A program made the translations under genes and the position numbers. Below are positions 12,682-26,904 of a DNA stretch of 64,000 nucleotides, piece by piece. The DNA is from Octopus sinensis (Eukaryota). The notes under the pieces are model-generated. The model ran no database searches. It was not told where the DNA came from and worked only from the letters and a program-made list of their open reading frames with translations. Positions within the stretch are counted from its first letter, which is position 1, and every line of letters begins with the position of its first letter. The stretch spans positions 58,044,464-58,108,463 of the forward strand of contig NC_043011.1 in NCBI RefSeq assembly GCF_006345805.1, read 5' to 3'.

Positions 12682-12912
12682 AAGTGCATTATTGAGAAAC
12701 ATTCATAGAAATACATAACCAAAACACCAGGCACCATGAATATATATAATATACAGAATAATACCACTAGGCACTGCTCACATCCTACGTAAAGGACTTC
12801 CAATACAGTGAAAATAACAATACCAAAACAAATCACAACACATACCCAAGGTACACAGAGCTGCGATCGGTAGTGCAGCAAAAGCACGTGATAAAAAGAA
12901 GACTATTGAGTA
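12682..12912 (+). mobile_element. 3' end of R4/Dong-like family B
   Basis: Aligns with 11590-11797. Confidence 0.75.
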
Positions 12913-15039
12913 ACAACAAGAACAACATCATCATTGTTCAAAATACTTCATCTGTACCGATAGCCTTGCAATCCTTGAAGAAAAATAGGATCAGGTAAGT
13001 TAGGACGTATGATAAATGTTTCACCATAACTCTAAAATATACTTACAGATGATTCAGAAGTGTTGTAATCTTGAAAAAGATTCTGAAAATCTGAATAAAA
13101 AGGTTCGTTCTTTATTGCTAGCATCAAACACATCATGAAAATTAACAAAGAACGTTTTTACCGTGAACATAACATTGAATTGTTACATTCTTATTATGCC
13201 TAAACAGTATATAAAACATGCACGGGTATTATAACACAGGTACGAATTATACATAGAATTGAATTATAGATAGAATATATCACTATTATTACAGTGGCCA
13301 ATGTACGGAGATTTATCATAAAATTAAAGAAAAAACAAAAATACCGAAAATTGAAAGAGAATAACTCGTGGAAATGAAGTAAAATAAGCGATGTACGCTA
13401 AAAAGGATAACCACAAGTAATCCATACAATGAAAAGAACAGAATCCACACAAGATTTCAATAGAGAAATACGATTCTGTAACCGATATTTCAAAATAGAG
13501 AAAATACAATGTGATCTAACACAGCAGATATAAACAAGGCCTTATATCGAAAACCAATTCCAAAGCAAAAGAACTAACTCCCAAAATGATTCTGAAGATC
13601 ACAGAGTTCACCATTAAAGATGAGCGAATCCCCATAAAAAGACAGAACAAATTTCAACCAAATATACATTGAACCAAACGTTTCTGAAGTGGCTGACAAA
13701 CTTTAAGTATAATAGAATGCAACGTAAAAACAAAATCTCTTAACATAGAATAGCGTTAAAACCTAAGTAAATTCAAAAATACCTCAATAACTTGACGAAA
13801 GAGAAAAAAATTTATTACCGGGCCATGTATGAAGCTTTGTCGATGGAAATAAACTAGGTATATCAATACGTTGGATTATTCGATTTATTTAGTTATAGCG
13901 GCAGTATCGAATTGTGTCCGGTACATGGTACATCTAAAAGCTTTTCTCCAAAATTAGACGGAACATATACTCTATATAATTGCAAGATGAAAAATTTTAG
14001 AAAGAAAAACGAATATTCATCGTGAAGAGATAAAGGGAAAAAGTTATATGTATGAAGAAGACAATCTTGAGACAAATGAGATGTTTTATAAAATAATAGC
14101 AAAGACGTGTTGGAGTAAGATGTTTTGGAAAACATCGGCGCTTCTTCCAGGAAAACAAAGAATTGTAACTTATTTTAACAGGAATATGTACAACAACAAT
14201 AACAACAAAAACAAACAAACAAAAGTCTAATGGTGGAAGACAGACTAAATTCAATGTAATTGCAAGTTTATATGTTTGATAGTATGAAACAAAATATCCA
14301 GCGCTATAAGTACGATGATTAGATCAGAAGAGATGAGATGGAAATATAAGTGTGTTTCATACTATATTGGTGAATTTCATGCCAGCTACATTAGTCTACG
14401 CAGACGTGGACCACATATCAAGTAGAGAAATTCATAATATAGTAATAATAACTGGAATGTCCCTCGGATTGAGAGAGTGTCTAGTGGCAAGCTGAAGCGT
14501 CATGCAAGTATCTATAAATGAATGGCGGCAGCGTTCGATTCACTGAAAAGCAGACGAGAGTCTGAACGTAAACACTTGATAGTGTGGGCAACATATTAAT
14601 TATCTAAATTTAAAAAATACGAAAAACACATTGTACTGCATACTTATAACATGTGTTTCAACAAAATAAAAAATGCCTTTGCATTCACACGCAACAACAG
14701 ACACCTTCTGCAACTGGAGAGCAATCACAATATCAGAAATACAGAAAGGATGCGTGTCTGAAAGAGGGACATGGCTGTAATGAGCAGCATCTGGTGAGCT
14801 GTGTTATAGAAAGTAAAAAATAGGGTTAAACATGGGGCTGATTACTGAAAGATATTCTGTATTAAGTCAAAGTCTGGGACAATGAGCACAGCCAACTTAA
14901 ATATAGAAAGCCCAAACTCAACAATGGTTATCAGAATGGGAAAGAATAATTTCACAGGTTAAGCGGGAAAATAGAAGACAATTTGTCTTATACTCAATCC
15001 GGGTCAATGGGATTTCTCGAGTATCTCTACTACGATTAC

Positions 15040-15360
15040 GCATCCAACAATTTCCGCTATCTTGATGTCTTAAAATATATAAACATCATAAAATACTCTT
15101 CTGAAATGTCACAAAAATATTGTACTTCAGTTGAAACTAATCTTAGTGTAAGACTTGGCAAATATACCGACATTATTCTAAGGAGAGGGAAAATACCTAA
15201 AACTGACAACATAGAATTAGATACAGATAAAAGAATCAAAATATTTATCTGAAATCACGCATACAAATTCTTAGTTGTGTACTGGAGTTATTTTAACAAC
15301 AAAGCAAAAAGAAAGTTAATATTAAATTCAGAACTAAAGGCGATGAAAGAAATAAGATAT
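15040..15360 (+). pseudogene. Degraded RT-domain fragment of an R4/Dong-like LINE
   Basis: IILRRGKIPKTDNIELDTDKRIKIFI*NHAYKFLVV resembles the KRGKL..NITLD..YKYLG segment of this clade. Confidence 0.5.
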
Positions 15361-15605
15361 GTATAATAGACAAGTTGTTTCAGTTGTAAACTACGCGAAA
15401 GACAATAAACACGAAAAAATGAAGAACTTCAATGGAAAAATCAGGAAACCACGAAAAGCGTTGTGAAGTCAACAAAACACGGTTAATATGTCCATGACAC
15501 ACAGAGGAAAGATGGCGTCTCGTAGCAGAATGGAATTAGGAAAAAATGTGTAAAGCAAGCAGCAGGAAGCTGATTAGTGGAGTTCGGAAATAGGCAGAAA
15601 GCATA

Positions 15606-15725
<120 letters not shown>

Positions 15726-16239
15726 AAACACTCAAATACAAGTTAGAAAGCGACTGCGCAGCAGAAATGATTTAAATATAGCCATAGCAGAAAAAGAATA
15801 GGCTACAACATACAAAATGAAATTTAATCGGAATTTTAGATGTTCCAGAAAAAAAGAAAATACGGTGAAAATTTTCCGATTGGACTCAAAAAGGAAAAAT
15901 CACAACAGTGACGACTTTATTCAAAATGAAATCTAACGATAGCTTAAGCATCAACGTTTTCTGGTGCTTTTTAGCACATGTCGAAATGTAAGCCAGAAGT
16001 TGTTTCAAAAGCGATCCGTGAAAAATATAAGACCAATTGCAGAATATGATACCCTTTAGGGAATTGAACGTATTTCCGTTTGTCCAGGCTTTGCCATGTT
16101 CAGTTTTGATTATTGACATAATGGAACGCACACCTGCGTTGACTGATTAATATGCTGCCATTGTGATTGAAAACATGTCACTGTTATAAACCGGAACCGG
16201 AAACTATACAAAGGAATGACAATCATAATTATCAGGGAT

Positions 16240-16500
16240 ACATTTGTCCAGACAATATCCGGATATTGTAGGACAAGTATATGGATGTGTGTACTCTGGG
16301 AGATAACCTATTTTTTTTATTACTAAAACATTTAAAGATAGATCTAAGGAATCCAAAGAAAAGAAATTTGAATATGTAATAAGCAGTATTCTGGTTACGA
16401 AAGTAAAGACAATCAATAAAATGTCTAACTTTTACGTCTGATAAACGATAAGAACGTTGAAAAACTGTGCGAAGTTCCATGAATTTTGTATTCGCGTCAA
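16240..16500 (+). pseudogene. Possible degraded GIY-YIG endonuclease remnant (Penelope-like)
   Basis: Broken frames giving VYGCV..KTFKDR..ISSILVTK..CAKFHEFC; weak similarity judged by eye. Confidence 0.25.
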
Positions 16501-16562
16501 ACACTTATCCTTGCTACACACAGCAGACACCCTACGTAATGACTTTCTCATTTAATAATCCT

Positions 16563-16738
16563 TTCTATTTTAGGCACAAGGCCTGAAATTTTGGGGTGTG
16601 GGAAGGTCTGTTACATCGACGCCAGTGCACAGATGTTACTTGTTTTATCGACTCCATAAGGATGAAAGGTAAAAGCGACCTCGGCAAAATTTGAACTCAG
16701 AACGTAGCGACAGATGAGATACCGCTAAGAATTATATT
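16563..16738 (-). mobile_element. CORE-type SINE (family B)
   Basis: aaggatgaaaggtaaaagcgacctcggcaaaatttgaactcagaacgtagc. Confidence 0.75.
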
Positions 16739-18217
16739 TTATGTTACCGCGTTAATATAAAACCAGTAGCAATGACCCCCACAGCCGCCAAATCTAAATC
16801 CGTGTAGTATGGATGGTGGTGTTGTCCCAGCATGGCCGCGGCCTTCGGGCTAAAACATTTTTAAGGATTTAAGGATTTAAGGATTTATACAAAATTCGAA
16901 TGTGGAGAGGTACATTAAATATCGTCAAGGCAATGTTCAGAGAAGATGATAGACGACTAACGGATACGCTAGTAGTGTAATTCTTGAAATTTAAAATACA
17001 GACACTCTTTATACTTGAAAATAATAATAAAAATAGCATTTGTTTTATAACTGAAGTTATTTATTAAATAAATAAAAACGGCTACCAAATATTTGCATTT
17101 AATAAAAAAAAGTGAAAATAAATATTTCTATAAAATAAAGAAATATATTAAAATGTAGAGGGTTGCCAACAATAATTTGTTTTAAGATTAAAACAGTTTA
17201 TTATAATATAACTCTAAATGTTAGTCTGTGACCTTATGAAATCACGGGGTTACAGGAATATGTGTTAAAAAAACACATTTTTAATACGGTCGTTAACCTC
17301 ACCATGTTATAACATTTTATTCATTTGTAGTAGCTGCCAGCGATATTTCCTCCAGAATTAATTCAATGGCAGCGTGCTGTAGCTGAAGATTTTTTTACCA
17401 GATTATGTTAAATTTTATCTCTTATCAAAATTCAACTATTGAATACTCGATGTTACCTACAAACAGTGTGTCGTTCTTGGTAGATCTGATTGGGTGAGGT
17501 TGTAAACAAGCCATCGCACATTTTTAAAGACTGGGCGGCTTCGATGATGTTTTTTTAATTACGCAAAGCTACAACTTTTAAAAAAATATTCCTGTTTCTA
17601 TGTGACGAGGAATCTAAAAGTTCATTGCATATACTGTGAAGTAACAAACAGCCAAAAGGATGTTCATTACTTGAAATTAGGTTTTCACTTTAATTACTAA
17701 TTATAACAAGAAATCAAGGATTTTTAGATTAACAGCTTCGTACATCACGATAGTAAATGCTTTGTGCACGAAGCAGTTTGACCCTTACGCATAGGGAAAA
17801 TATTACATGACATTATTTTTAAATGCCCCAGACTAACCTGCGACAAGGCTCACATGGGGCAACTTAAAGTAGCAAGGCTGTTCGGTATATGATTAATAAT
17901 CGAAAATATAATTTTCGTAATATAAATAAATATCCTACACATACAGACTACAAGATTTCACATAAGTTTTAACATCGTTTATCACAACAGAAATGAGAAC
18001 ACAATAACCGATTAATTATCAAGACAGCAATATTTGACGATTCAGGCTCCGAAGACGCAGGCTTGAAATCCAATAAATTCATTGAACCTTGAGTGTAAAA
18101 TAAAGATATCATTCCGGTTAAGAAAGATCTTTATCGTTCAATCTTTGAGAGACCTAGAGTGACATCAATACTGCATTTCTATAAAGGCTATAAAAATTTA
18201 CATAAAATATTGGATAA

Positions 18218-18255
<38 letters not shown>

Positions 18256-18397
18256 TTACTACTACTACTACTACTACTACCACTACTACTACTACTACTA
18301 CTACTAAACTGATTGGCTGCTCGACTCTCAACAACCGAGTACAAAACCAGACATGAATGAATAGGGCATAACTTACATCGGAACATGTGCCGTCATT

Positions 18398-18760
18398 AAG
18401 ATGTCGCCATTATGGTATTCTCCAGTCACAAAGAGCGATGAAGAAACTAATCTGTGGGAATTTGCCATCCATACTGACAAACAAATAAATACCAAAAGAC
18501 CTGATATTATTACCAAAAGGCCATCAACAAAATGTTTGCTATCTAATAGATATCTCAGTACAAGCTTATCGAAATATCCCAGTCAAAGAATTCGAAACAT
18601 TAGTTAAATAAAAGTACATAGAGCTGGAAATCAGTAGAATGTGGAAACTGGAAGCATTTACTTTGCCGGTAGTACTAGGAGCACAGGGCATGGTCAAAAA
18701 AAAAGAAGTGTCTTTAAAATTCATTGATAAAACACCTGGAAAATCAAATATACTTAAGAT
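18398..18760 (+). mobile_element. Diverged R4/Dong-like RLE fragment
   Basis: NLWEFAIHTDKQINTKRPDII and KYIELEISRMWKLEAFTLPVVLGAQGMVKK. Confidence 0.75.
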
Positions 18761-18763
18761 ACC

Positions 18764-18994
18764 TATTTCTTTACTACCCACAAGGGGCGAAACACAGAGG
18801 GGACAAACAACGACAGACAAACGGATTAAGTCATTACATCGACTCCAGTGCGCAACTGGTACTTAATTTATCGACCCCGAAAGGATGAAAGGCAAATTCG
18901 ACCTCGGCGGAATTTGGACTCAGAACGTAACGGCAGACGAAATACGGCTACGCATTTCACCCGGCGTGCTAACGTTTCTGCCAGCTCGCCGCCT
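18764..18994 (-). mobile_element. Full-length CORE-type SINE (family B) with 20-bp TSD
   Basis: TSD tcaaatatacttaa(g/t)atacc at 18744-18763 and 18995-19014. Confidence 0.9.
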
Positions 18995-20219
18995 TCAAAT
19001 ATACTTAATATACCGTTGTGGACCACAAGTTATTATATTGCTTCCTTGGACCTCGCAAAATCTTCTGTGGAACCCGTGGGTCATGTGGACCCTGGTTGAG
19101 AAAAAACTAATGAAGAGATTTGTCAAATGCAGAAGACACAATTAGTGCAGCCATTTGTGATTCGAACAATTATGCTGTACTTAATGAGAAGTGATTGCTT
19201 TCAGTTTAAGTTGGCAAATTTAATTTTGATTAATTTGGTGACAGAATAAAAGGTGCCGGAACAAATACTGCAAGGTATTTTTTCCGGTACTGATAGCTAA
19301 AGATTCTAGAAAATTTGCGTCTTTAATAATTGTTTCTGATGTAAACATAAGGCGTTAAATTTTGAGGGACGAAGGACATTCGGCTTTATCGTCCTCTGTA
19401 ATATGCTGGTACGTTATTTGTCTATCCAGAAAACGATGGCAAGCAAAATGGCGTCGGTGGGGTTCGAAATGAAATTACTCGTAAGTAGAAGATGTGATGC
19501 ACCTCATTTCGACGCTACAATAAAAACAATAAGAACAATAAAAAATAAAAAACAAAATAAAAACAATATCGAGGCTTGTTTCCAACCAGAAAAAATGCAT
19601 GAGTTTATATCGTTGATATATGATCAAAGAAGACGTATTGAGTGTTGATTAAAGAAACATTGAAATTCGTTTCATTGGACCTAAGGCCATGACTTTTGAA
19701 CATTGACCTGTGACCCTCCTTGTCAGCATAATAACAATTCAATCATTGTCCCTTCCACTAAAAATATAGAAAGAAAAATGATAAAATCAAACTCCTCTTT
19801 CTATTTGGTAGGGAGAGAAAGAAAGTGAGAAAGGGAGGGAGAAAGAGAGAGGGAGAGAGAGGGGAAGAGAGAGAGAGAAAAATTAGGCAAGAAACCAGTG
19901 ATTGGTTTCGTAGTGAATGATATTCTTGAAATGGTGCCATAGAATTGACCGAGAGGACAGGAACACAAAGAGCTTATTTAGAATTATTATTTACCGGAAT
20001 ATATCAAAATTATACCAAATTATTATCATCATCATCATCATCATCATCATTATTATTATTATTATTATTATTGTTATTATTATTATTATTATTATTATTT
20101 TAGTTTGCTGATCGTGTTTGCAGTATTTGATCTGTTCTATACAATTAATTTTATAGCTGTCTGCTAGCGCCACCATCACGACCGTCAACGTAGACGTCAT
20201 CGTCATCATCATCGTCATC

Positions 20220-20251
<32 letters not shown>

Positions 20252-20689
20252 CATCATCATCATGATTATCACTATAACCACCACCAATACCGACGCTACT
20301 CCCCCTCTGCGACCACCACCGCCACTAGCTGTACTATTCGTCTCTCTCTGTCTCTCTGTCTCTATCTCTCTCTGTCTCTGTCTCTGTCTATCTCTCTCTC
20401 TCTCCCCACGGCTACCATCAGTTACTAACATTGTGGTCACGGCAATAGCGCAAACCCTGTTCTAACAGTCACTGCCAAAATGGTTCTCATCGGTCTCTCC
20501 TCCGCCCTCCCCTCCTCTCCCCTTGGTTTTTCCTCTTCCTACCCTCCTCCTCTTCCTTCGATTAGTCCTCGTCTCTTCTCTCTTCCTTCTCCTCTGCACA
20601 ACCCCGCCCACTTTATGCAACCTTTGCTTACTCCTCCCAAATCTCCACCGACATCTCTTCCACCTCCAACGGCCCAGCGGTTCCACTAT

Positions 20690-21170
20690 TACTACCACAA
20701 CCACCACCATCACCTCTACTACTACTACCACCACTGCTGCTGCTGCTACTGCCATCACTGTAATCACAGTCACGACTAGTTTCACACTCGCTGAAATCGC
20801 CATCGCCATCGATATTGTCGCCACCATCGACACCACCACCACCATCGACATCGTTCCCACCATCGACATCGCCATCACTATCGCCATCTCCATCACCATC
20901 GACACCACCACCATCGACATCGTCACTACCATCGACATCGCTACCACCATCGACACCACCACCACCATCGACATCGGCACTACCATCGACATCGTCACTA
21001 CCATCAACATCGCTATCACCATCGACAACACCACCATCGACATGGTTACCACCATCGACATGGTTACCACCATCGACAACACCACCACCATCCACATCGC
21101 TATCACCATCGACACCACCACCAACATCGACATCGCCAACATCATCGGCGTCGTTCCCGCCAATAAACAC
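20690..21170. repeat. GC-richer cryptic minisatellite built from ACC/ATC/GAC triplets
   Basis: Recurrent accaccatcgacatcg units; several frames open on both strands. Confidence 0.8.
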
Positions 21171-21813
21171 CTGTAAGCGCAACGTCAGCCTCCGAAAACA
21201 CCCACAAATCTACTTTGGACCAACGCAGCAACATTTAAAAACGGAAGGACACATAGGATAAAGCAGCCATGGGTATACGGACATAAATCCAGCCATGTGC
21301 GGAAAGCTTGTTTTTTTTTTCTTAATCAAAAATCTTTAACAGGGCCGACTTGGGTAGAACGAACAACAACAGCAGCAGCACCAGGTAATCAATGGTATTA
21401 TCATCTCAGTTCGAATAATTGAGTAAAATACAAATCATCAGCGGAGGTAAGATTTGAACTCAGGAAGACTGCAATGAATGGCGTGGAGAAATTGGAGTAA
21501 AAGGCTAAATGCTGAAGTTGTTGATGTTTAGTTTAAAATCTGCCCTTATCGAATTATCGAAAATACCTGCGATCAAATGATCAGTTGTAAATGATTTTGC
21601 TTTTTGTTTTCACACAACCTTCTCCAACCATACGTCATCTCTATGTGCAACTTTCGTTAATTGATGGACAAAGATCTGAAAATCATCATCGAATTATTAC
21701 AAGGGATCTCGCCTCTTCCAAGAACAAGCAACAATAAATACAACATTTAACAAGAAATCCAATCCATCATCTCACCTTATCCACATCTTCATAATGAATA
21801 GAACTAAATTAGA

Positions 21814-22113
21814 AAAATTACTATTTGTAAATCTCACAACGAGAGATATTGAGCAATAGTATTTTGTAGTAAAGATTGTTTGCCAACATAACATGGCAGT
21901 CCTGGTTTAGGACGAATGTTGCTGCAATTTAGCCCCAGGAGACATCGTCTCCAGCTGGCTATACAACACGATATGTTTCCTTATATTTTCGAACAAGGGA
22001 ATCTAGCACCCACACTCAGCTCCAGGAGACAATGTCTCCTGGGGAGACAGCAAGCAACATTCGTCATAAACCAGGACTGCCTTGTTATGTTGGCAAATAA
22101 TATTTACTCCAGA
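21814..22113. mobile_element. P4 family copy: palindrome with the HHR-containing centre deleted
   Basis: 21814-22020 aligns with ~10584-10795; 22020-22113 is the inverted distal arm. Confidence 0.75.
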
Positions 22114-22519
22114 ACTAAATTAGTCCTCAAAATGACACCAGATTATAGAAACCGCTGTCACCTACGAACTTTTATATCGACATGTCTTCAGAATATCTAA
22201 GGAGCACATTTCAAAAACTGTCCCTTGTCTGTAAACCAGACAATAACTCAAATGGCAACAATTACAGATGTTGCCCGAACTGAAAGGTGACCAAAAGATC
22301 TGGTACGATGCGCAGCACACCACACACACACAACACACACACACACACACACACACACATGCACACATACACAGACACACATACACACTCACACACATAC
22401 ACAAACACAAACATACACACACATAGACACACAGACACACACACAGGCAAACAAACACACACACAAACACACACATACACACAAACACACACACACACAC
22501 ACACACAATTGCCTTAGCT

Positions 22520-22900
22520 AGCATCTGGGAAAGGTTCACCCATATACCCTGCGTTAAGATATTCAAGGACATATCGTGAAGTCGTCTTTGAATGACATGT
22601 CTGGTCAAGACATGTAATACCTCCTCTCTTTGCTTCCTTCCTTTTATCCAGACACTACTATGGATTCTGACTCCGGATCAATCTGATTGCTTACCAGATC
22701 ATGATAAGCGCCCTCACTTCTCTCCTCTTTTATCCTTTAATCACCCATGTCGTGTTCAACTTGGGGCCACGCTGACTACTGTCAACCAGTCATTTCGCCT
22801 TCACATGTCAGCCCTCTGCAACTGCTTTCTGCTCATATCTTTACAGCTGGTGTTGACTTGGAGAAGTTCAAGAGAAACGTCAACGACATCAGATTCGCTG
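22520..22900 (+). mobile_element. Degraded 3' end of an L2/CR1/Jockey-group LINE
   Basis: ..HPCRVQL..NQSF..LLSAHIFTAGVDLEKFKRNVN resembles the C-terminal motif of this group. Confidence 0.55.
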
Positions 22901-23676
22901 ATATTCGAACGCCTGCAGAGGCTTTTACTCGCTGCCCCGCCTTTTTCGTATTTCAGCAAACGATAGAATAAGTCCATATCTACTCCGTAGTTTTTAAGAT
23001 TATTTCGAACTACACCATCCAATGTGTCACTACTTAATATAGAACGGTGGGGTGTAATACCTGACGGGTGGTGCGATGATGTAGAGTCAACATCTTGAAT
23101 TCCGAGTCTCGGGTTTAAAAGGGTGAAGACGATGGCGGTGAAGTGGACATAGAGTATATTGTTGCGATGGAAGAAGAGTGTGCACGATGGGGATAGTAAA
23201 GATATGTGATGATGATGATGATGATGATGATGATGCACAAAGCTGTATGATGGAGAGAGAGAGAGAAGGTAGAGGGATAGTGTGAGTGAGAAAGTGGAAA
23301 AAGAGAGAAACTAAAAGAGAGCGGATGAATGCAGACGGGCAGAAAGAGAGTTCGAGAGAAACACAGAGCGAGAGAGAGGGAAAGTGTAAGAGAGAAGAGA
23401 GAGAGAGACAGTACCAAAGAAGGAGAGAGAGAGTGGGAGAGAGGAGAGAGAAATAAAGAAAGGTGAGAGAGAAAGAGAAAGAGAGAGGGGGATGTTGTAG
23501 TTGAAACAAGGTTCAGACAAGATGTCTATCGTTTCAGACAGATTTTTTTCTCTTTTTAATCTAAACCACTCAGCTTTCGGATTATTCTTTATAGAAAAAA
23601 AAAACAAAATAAAATATACTAAAGTAATAAAAACACTAAATAAAAACTAATCTTAATGGTGACGACGACATGATGG

Positions 23677-23711
<35 letters not shown>

Positions 23712-24350
23712 TTGAAAAGGATGATTTGGAGGATGCAGATGACGATAATCATATTGTCCCCTCTTCGTTAATTAATCGGAAAAGATCAAAGAAAAGTCTC
23801 TTAAGATTGACGTTGATGTTGTTGGTGCTGTTGTTGTAGATGTTTGCTAAACTGCCATGAAATCATCCCGATATCAGATTAGAAGTGATGCTTAAACCCA
23901 TTAAAATATTTCCTCCTTCATTTCCTCTCTCTCTTCTCTACCTCTGTAACTCTTTCCCTCTCTCCCTCCTAACACTTTCTCTCTTTCCTGACTACTACCT
24001 TTTTTCCCCACTCTCACTTTCAGTTGATATTGTTCATCTTCCATTTGTTGTTAATTATTTCCTTCGATTCAGCCAAGAGACTATAGACAAAAGCTTTGCC
24101 TTCTCTTCGTTTTATTTCCTATGTCAGATAACTCTATAAAAATTTCCAGCTGTCTTCTGTTCAATTTACAAATCTCAGACTAAATTAAAGCGAAATGCTG
24201 AATGGCAGCGATATTTCGGAACCGCAGAATGATAGGAAGGTTTTATTACTTTCTCTACAACACCTCCATGACTTAGCGCATGCGTACAGTAATTACACGA
24301 GAATTCTCTTTTCTATTGGTTGCCAATTACAGTTTATTTCTGTTTCCAAA

Positions 24351-24740
24351 GCAGCTGTGTCCGAGTGGTTAACAAGTTCGATTTGTAGCGACATAGTTTC
24401 TGGTTCAGTCCCCCTGCACGGCGCAATTGTCTTCTAACATAGTCCTGGGATAACCAGAGTCATCTGGATGGATTTGGTTAACGTCAACCGAAAGAAACCC
24501 GTCGCATAGATACATATATACACGCACATGTACACACACAGATGGTCTGTATGTGTGTGAGTTTGTGGGTGTGTTTGTCTCCGTTCCACCGATTGACAAA
24601 TGGTGGTGGGTTGTTTACAGTCCCATGATTTAGTGCAGAAAAGAAAACCGATAGATTAAGTTACAAAATAAATACTGGTTTGATCTGCTGAACTAAACCC
24701 TTGAAGACGGTGCTCCATCATGGTCACTGAGTAAAGTACT
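24351..24740 (+). mobile_element. Diverged tRNA-derived SINE (family A)
   Basis: tRNA-like head, gatggatttggttaac..gaaagaaacccgtcg, internal CA/TG tract, 3' ggtgctccatcatgg. Confidence 0.65.
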
Positions 24741-25164
24741 CTTTTAGTGTTAAGACTTAGCAGTCAGAGAGAATGCAGTGATGTGTTTCTTTCTCACCTT
24801 CTCGCATTATCTGTCTGACAATACGAAGGGTTTTCCAAAATAAGCGAGGTCTACATCAGATTGAGAAGAGTTTGCTAACCTCTAAATAACTGCTACAGTT
24901 TCATCATCGAACCACGCATTTCTGATGTTTATTTCACCACATACAACTCTTTTTTACTGCATTGTTTAGTTATCTTTTTATCTCCAAATATCTCTTGTAT
25001 CTCTCTCTTCTCCGCAGGGTTGTATTTAATTTCAAACCACGTTTTTACTTCTTAGTTTCCTTAAATAGTGATTTCACAATTTTTATCTTATTTTCGTTGG
25101 CAGTTGTATTAGTTTGCCTATATTTTTCACTATATATTTTTTTATCCAATTAGCGAGTTTTGTT

Positions 25165-25480
25165 AGGCCTCTGCGTTCTCTGGTTGGGCCACATCGAGGA
25201 TGCAAATAAATGTAACAGAAGGAAATATTATACGTTGGTCGAATTACGACAAAGCGATGGGTCAATATGAATCCCATCCAGGTGAAATGCCATGTTTTTG
25301 CTGGGAAGTTCCTTCGCTGATCTTCCAACATTCTTAGCATCAGAGGAGTCTGTAAGCGAGAGGCTAGCAGTTTGCCTTTGGAGGCAATCGACATTGTCTC
25401 GTGAGAGCTATATAAGGTGCGATCCTTATGAGGAGCAGTGGTAACAAGGGGTAGTTCTAAACTGAATAAAATCTGGCACT
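25165..25480 (+). mobile_element. Possible degraded RTE-clade 3' end
   Basis: Frameshifted R..WLGHIE.M motif. Confidence 0.3.
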
Positions 25481-25624
25481 TGATAAACGCCAGATGACTG
25501 TATGTGGTGTTAAAAGACCCGAAACACCTAATGGGCCCAGGATACATAATTAATGATATAACATCATATGAAATGTATGGAAATAAAACCAGTCCTATAT
25601 GTGAACATTTTACGTTGGTATCCT

Positions 25625-25710
25625 AGAATAAGTCTTGGTGTTCATTTGTTCGACTAAAGGCGATGCTCCAGCATGGCTGCAGTCAAATGACTGAAACAAG
25701 TAAAAGAATA
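25625..25710 (+). mobile_element. SINE family A 3' tail only
   Basis: gactaaaggcgatgctccagcatggctgcagtcaaatgactgaaacaagtaaaaga. Confidence 0.75.
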
Positions 25711-26363
25711 AGGTTTTTGCTAGATTTTAAGATGATGTATTCTAAACGCATTTATTGATTTTCTTGTGTTTTGTTAAGTTCTATTTAGTTACTGGTTTTC
25801 ATATCTCTGCCCCCCCCCGCCCGCCCTTTCCTCTTATTCGTTCTTTTAGTGTTGGGAATATTATTATTATAACTTACCACAGGGACAGCTTCAGTATTGA
25901 TTTTTACTTTATGTTTTCTAATTAGCTCTGTTTAACCAGTAATCTAAAGACTCTACATTACTCTATTCCGAACCTTACTTTCCATGGTGTGTGAGTATGT
26001 GTGTGTCTATGTGTATGAATGATTGTGTTTATGTGTGTATGTATGAGAGATACTCTGACTAATTTATTGATTTCTAGTGATGTGTTTTGGTTGGTTCTCT
26101 TATCTCCATTTTTTTCTGGTATCTAACTTAATAGAATTGGTCTTAATGAATTTTCCTCTCTCTAGCTTTGCCTTGGATATTACATTAATTTTCCAAGTAA
26201 ATCTATGTATTGTCTGCCACAGTGTCTTCTGAACTATCTGTAGCGTACAAGCAGAGGTGTTCCTTACATAACTGGACACACAAGTGTCCTTCCATAGTAT
26301 TTGAAACTCGGCCCAGTTTGGTGTAAATACTAGTCTTAGGTGTTACCTGAAGTCAGAAATACA

Positions 26364-26599
26364 TATTTCTTTACTACCCAAAATGCCCTAAACACAGAGG
26401 GGACAAACAAGGACAGACAAACGGATTAAGTCGATTACATCGACCCCAGTGAGTAACTAGTACTTAATTTATCAACCTCGAAAGGATGAAAGGCAAGGTC
26501 GAACTCGGCGGAATTTAATCTCAGAAGGTAACGGCAGACGAAATACGGCGACGCATTTCGCCCGGCGTGCTAACGTGTTTGCCAGCTCGCCACCTTCTA
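26364..26599 (-). mobile_element. Full-length CORE-type SINE (family B) with 19-bp TSD
   Basis: TSD acctgaagt(c/t)agaaataca at 26345-26363 and 26600-26618. Confidence 0.9.
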
Positions 26600-26904
26600 A
26601 CCTGAAGTTAGAAATACAAAGGAGAGTGGGGGTCGCTTTGGAATATTTCTCACCTGTTGCTAATGGTATAACATTTCATAATTTATCGTGTCAGAAAAAT
26701 ACATATCGGAGGGCACGGCAAGATCGCCTTAGCCAGTGGCCAGCAAGAAAACCAGATGCATAATGCAGCAGGGCGATCAGTTGCCGATCAGTATGAATAC
26801 TACAGTTCCTGGCCGCTTAACGGTCGATATACATATATATGAAACATGATACGTAGACGTCTATTTAAATTTAATACTAACTCAATTGCATATAACAGAT
26901 ATTT

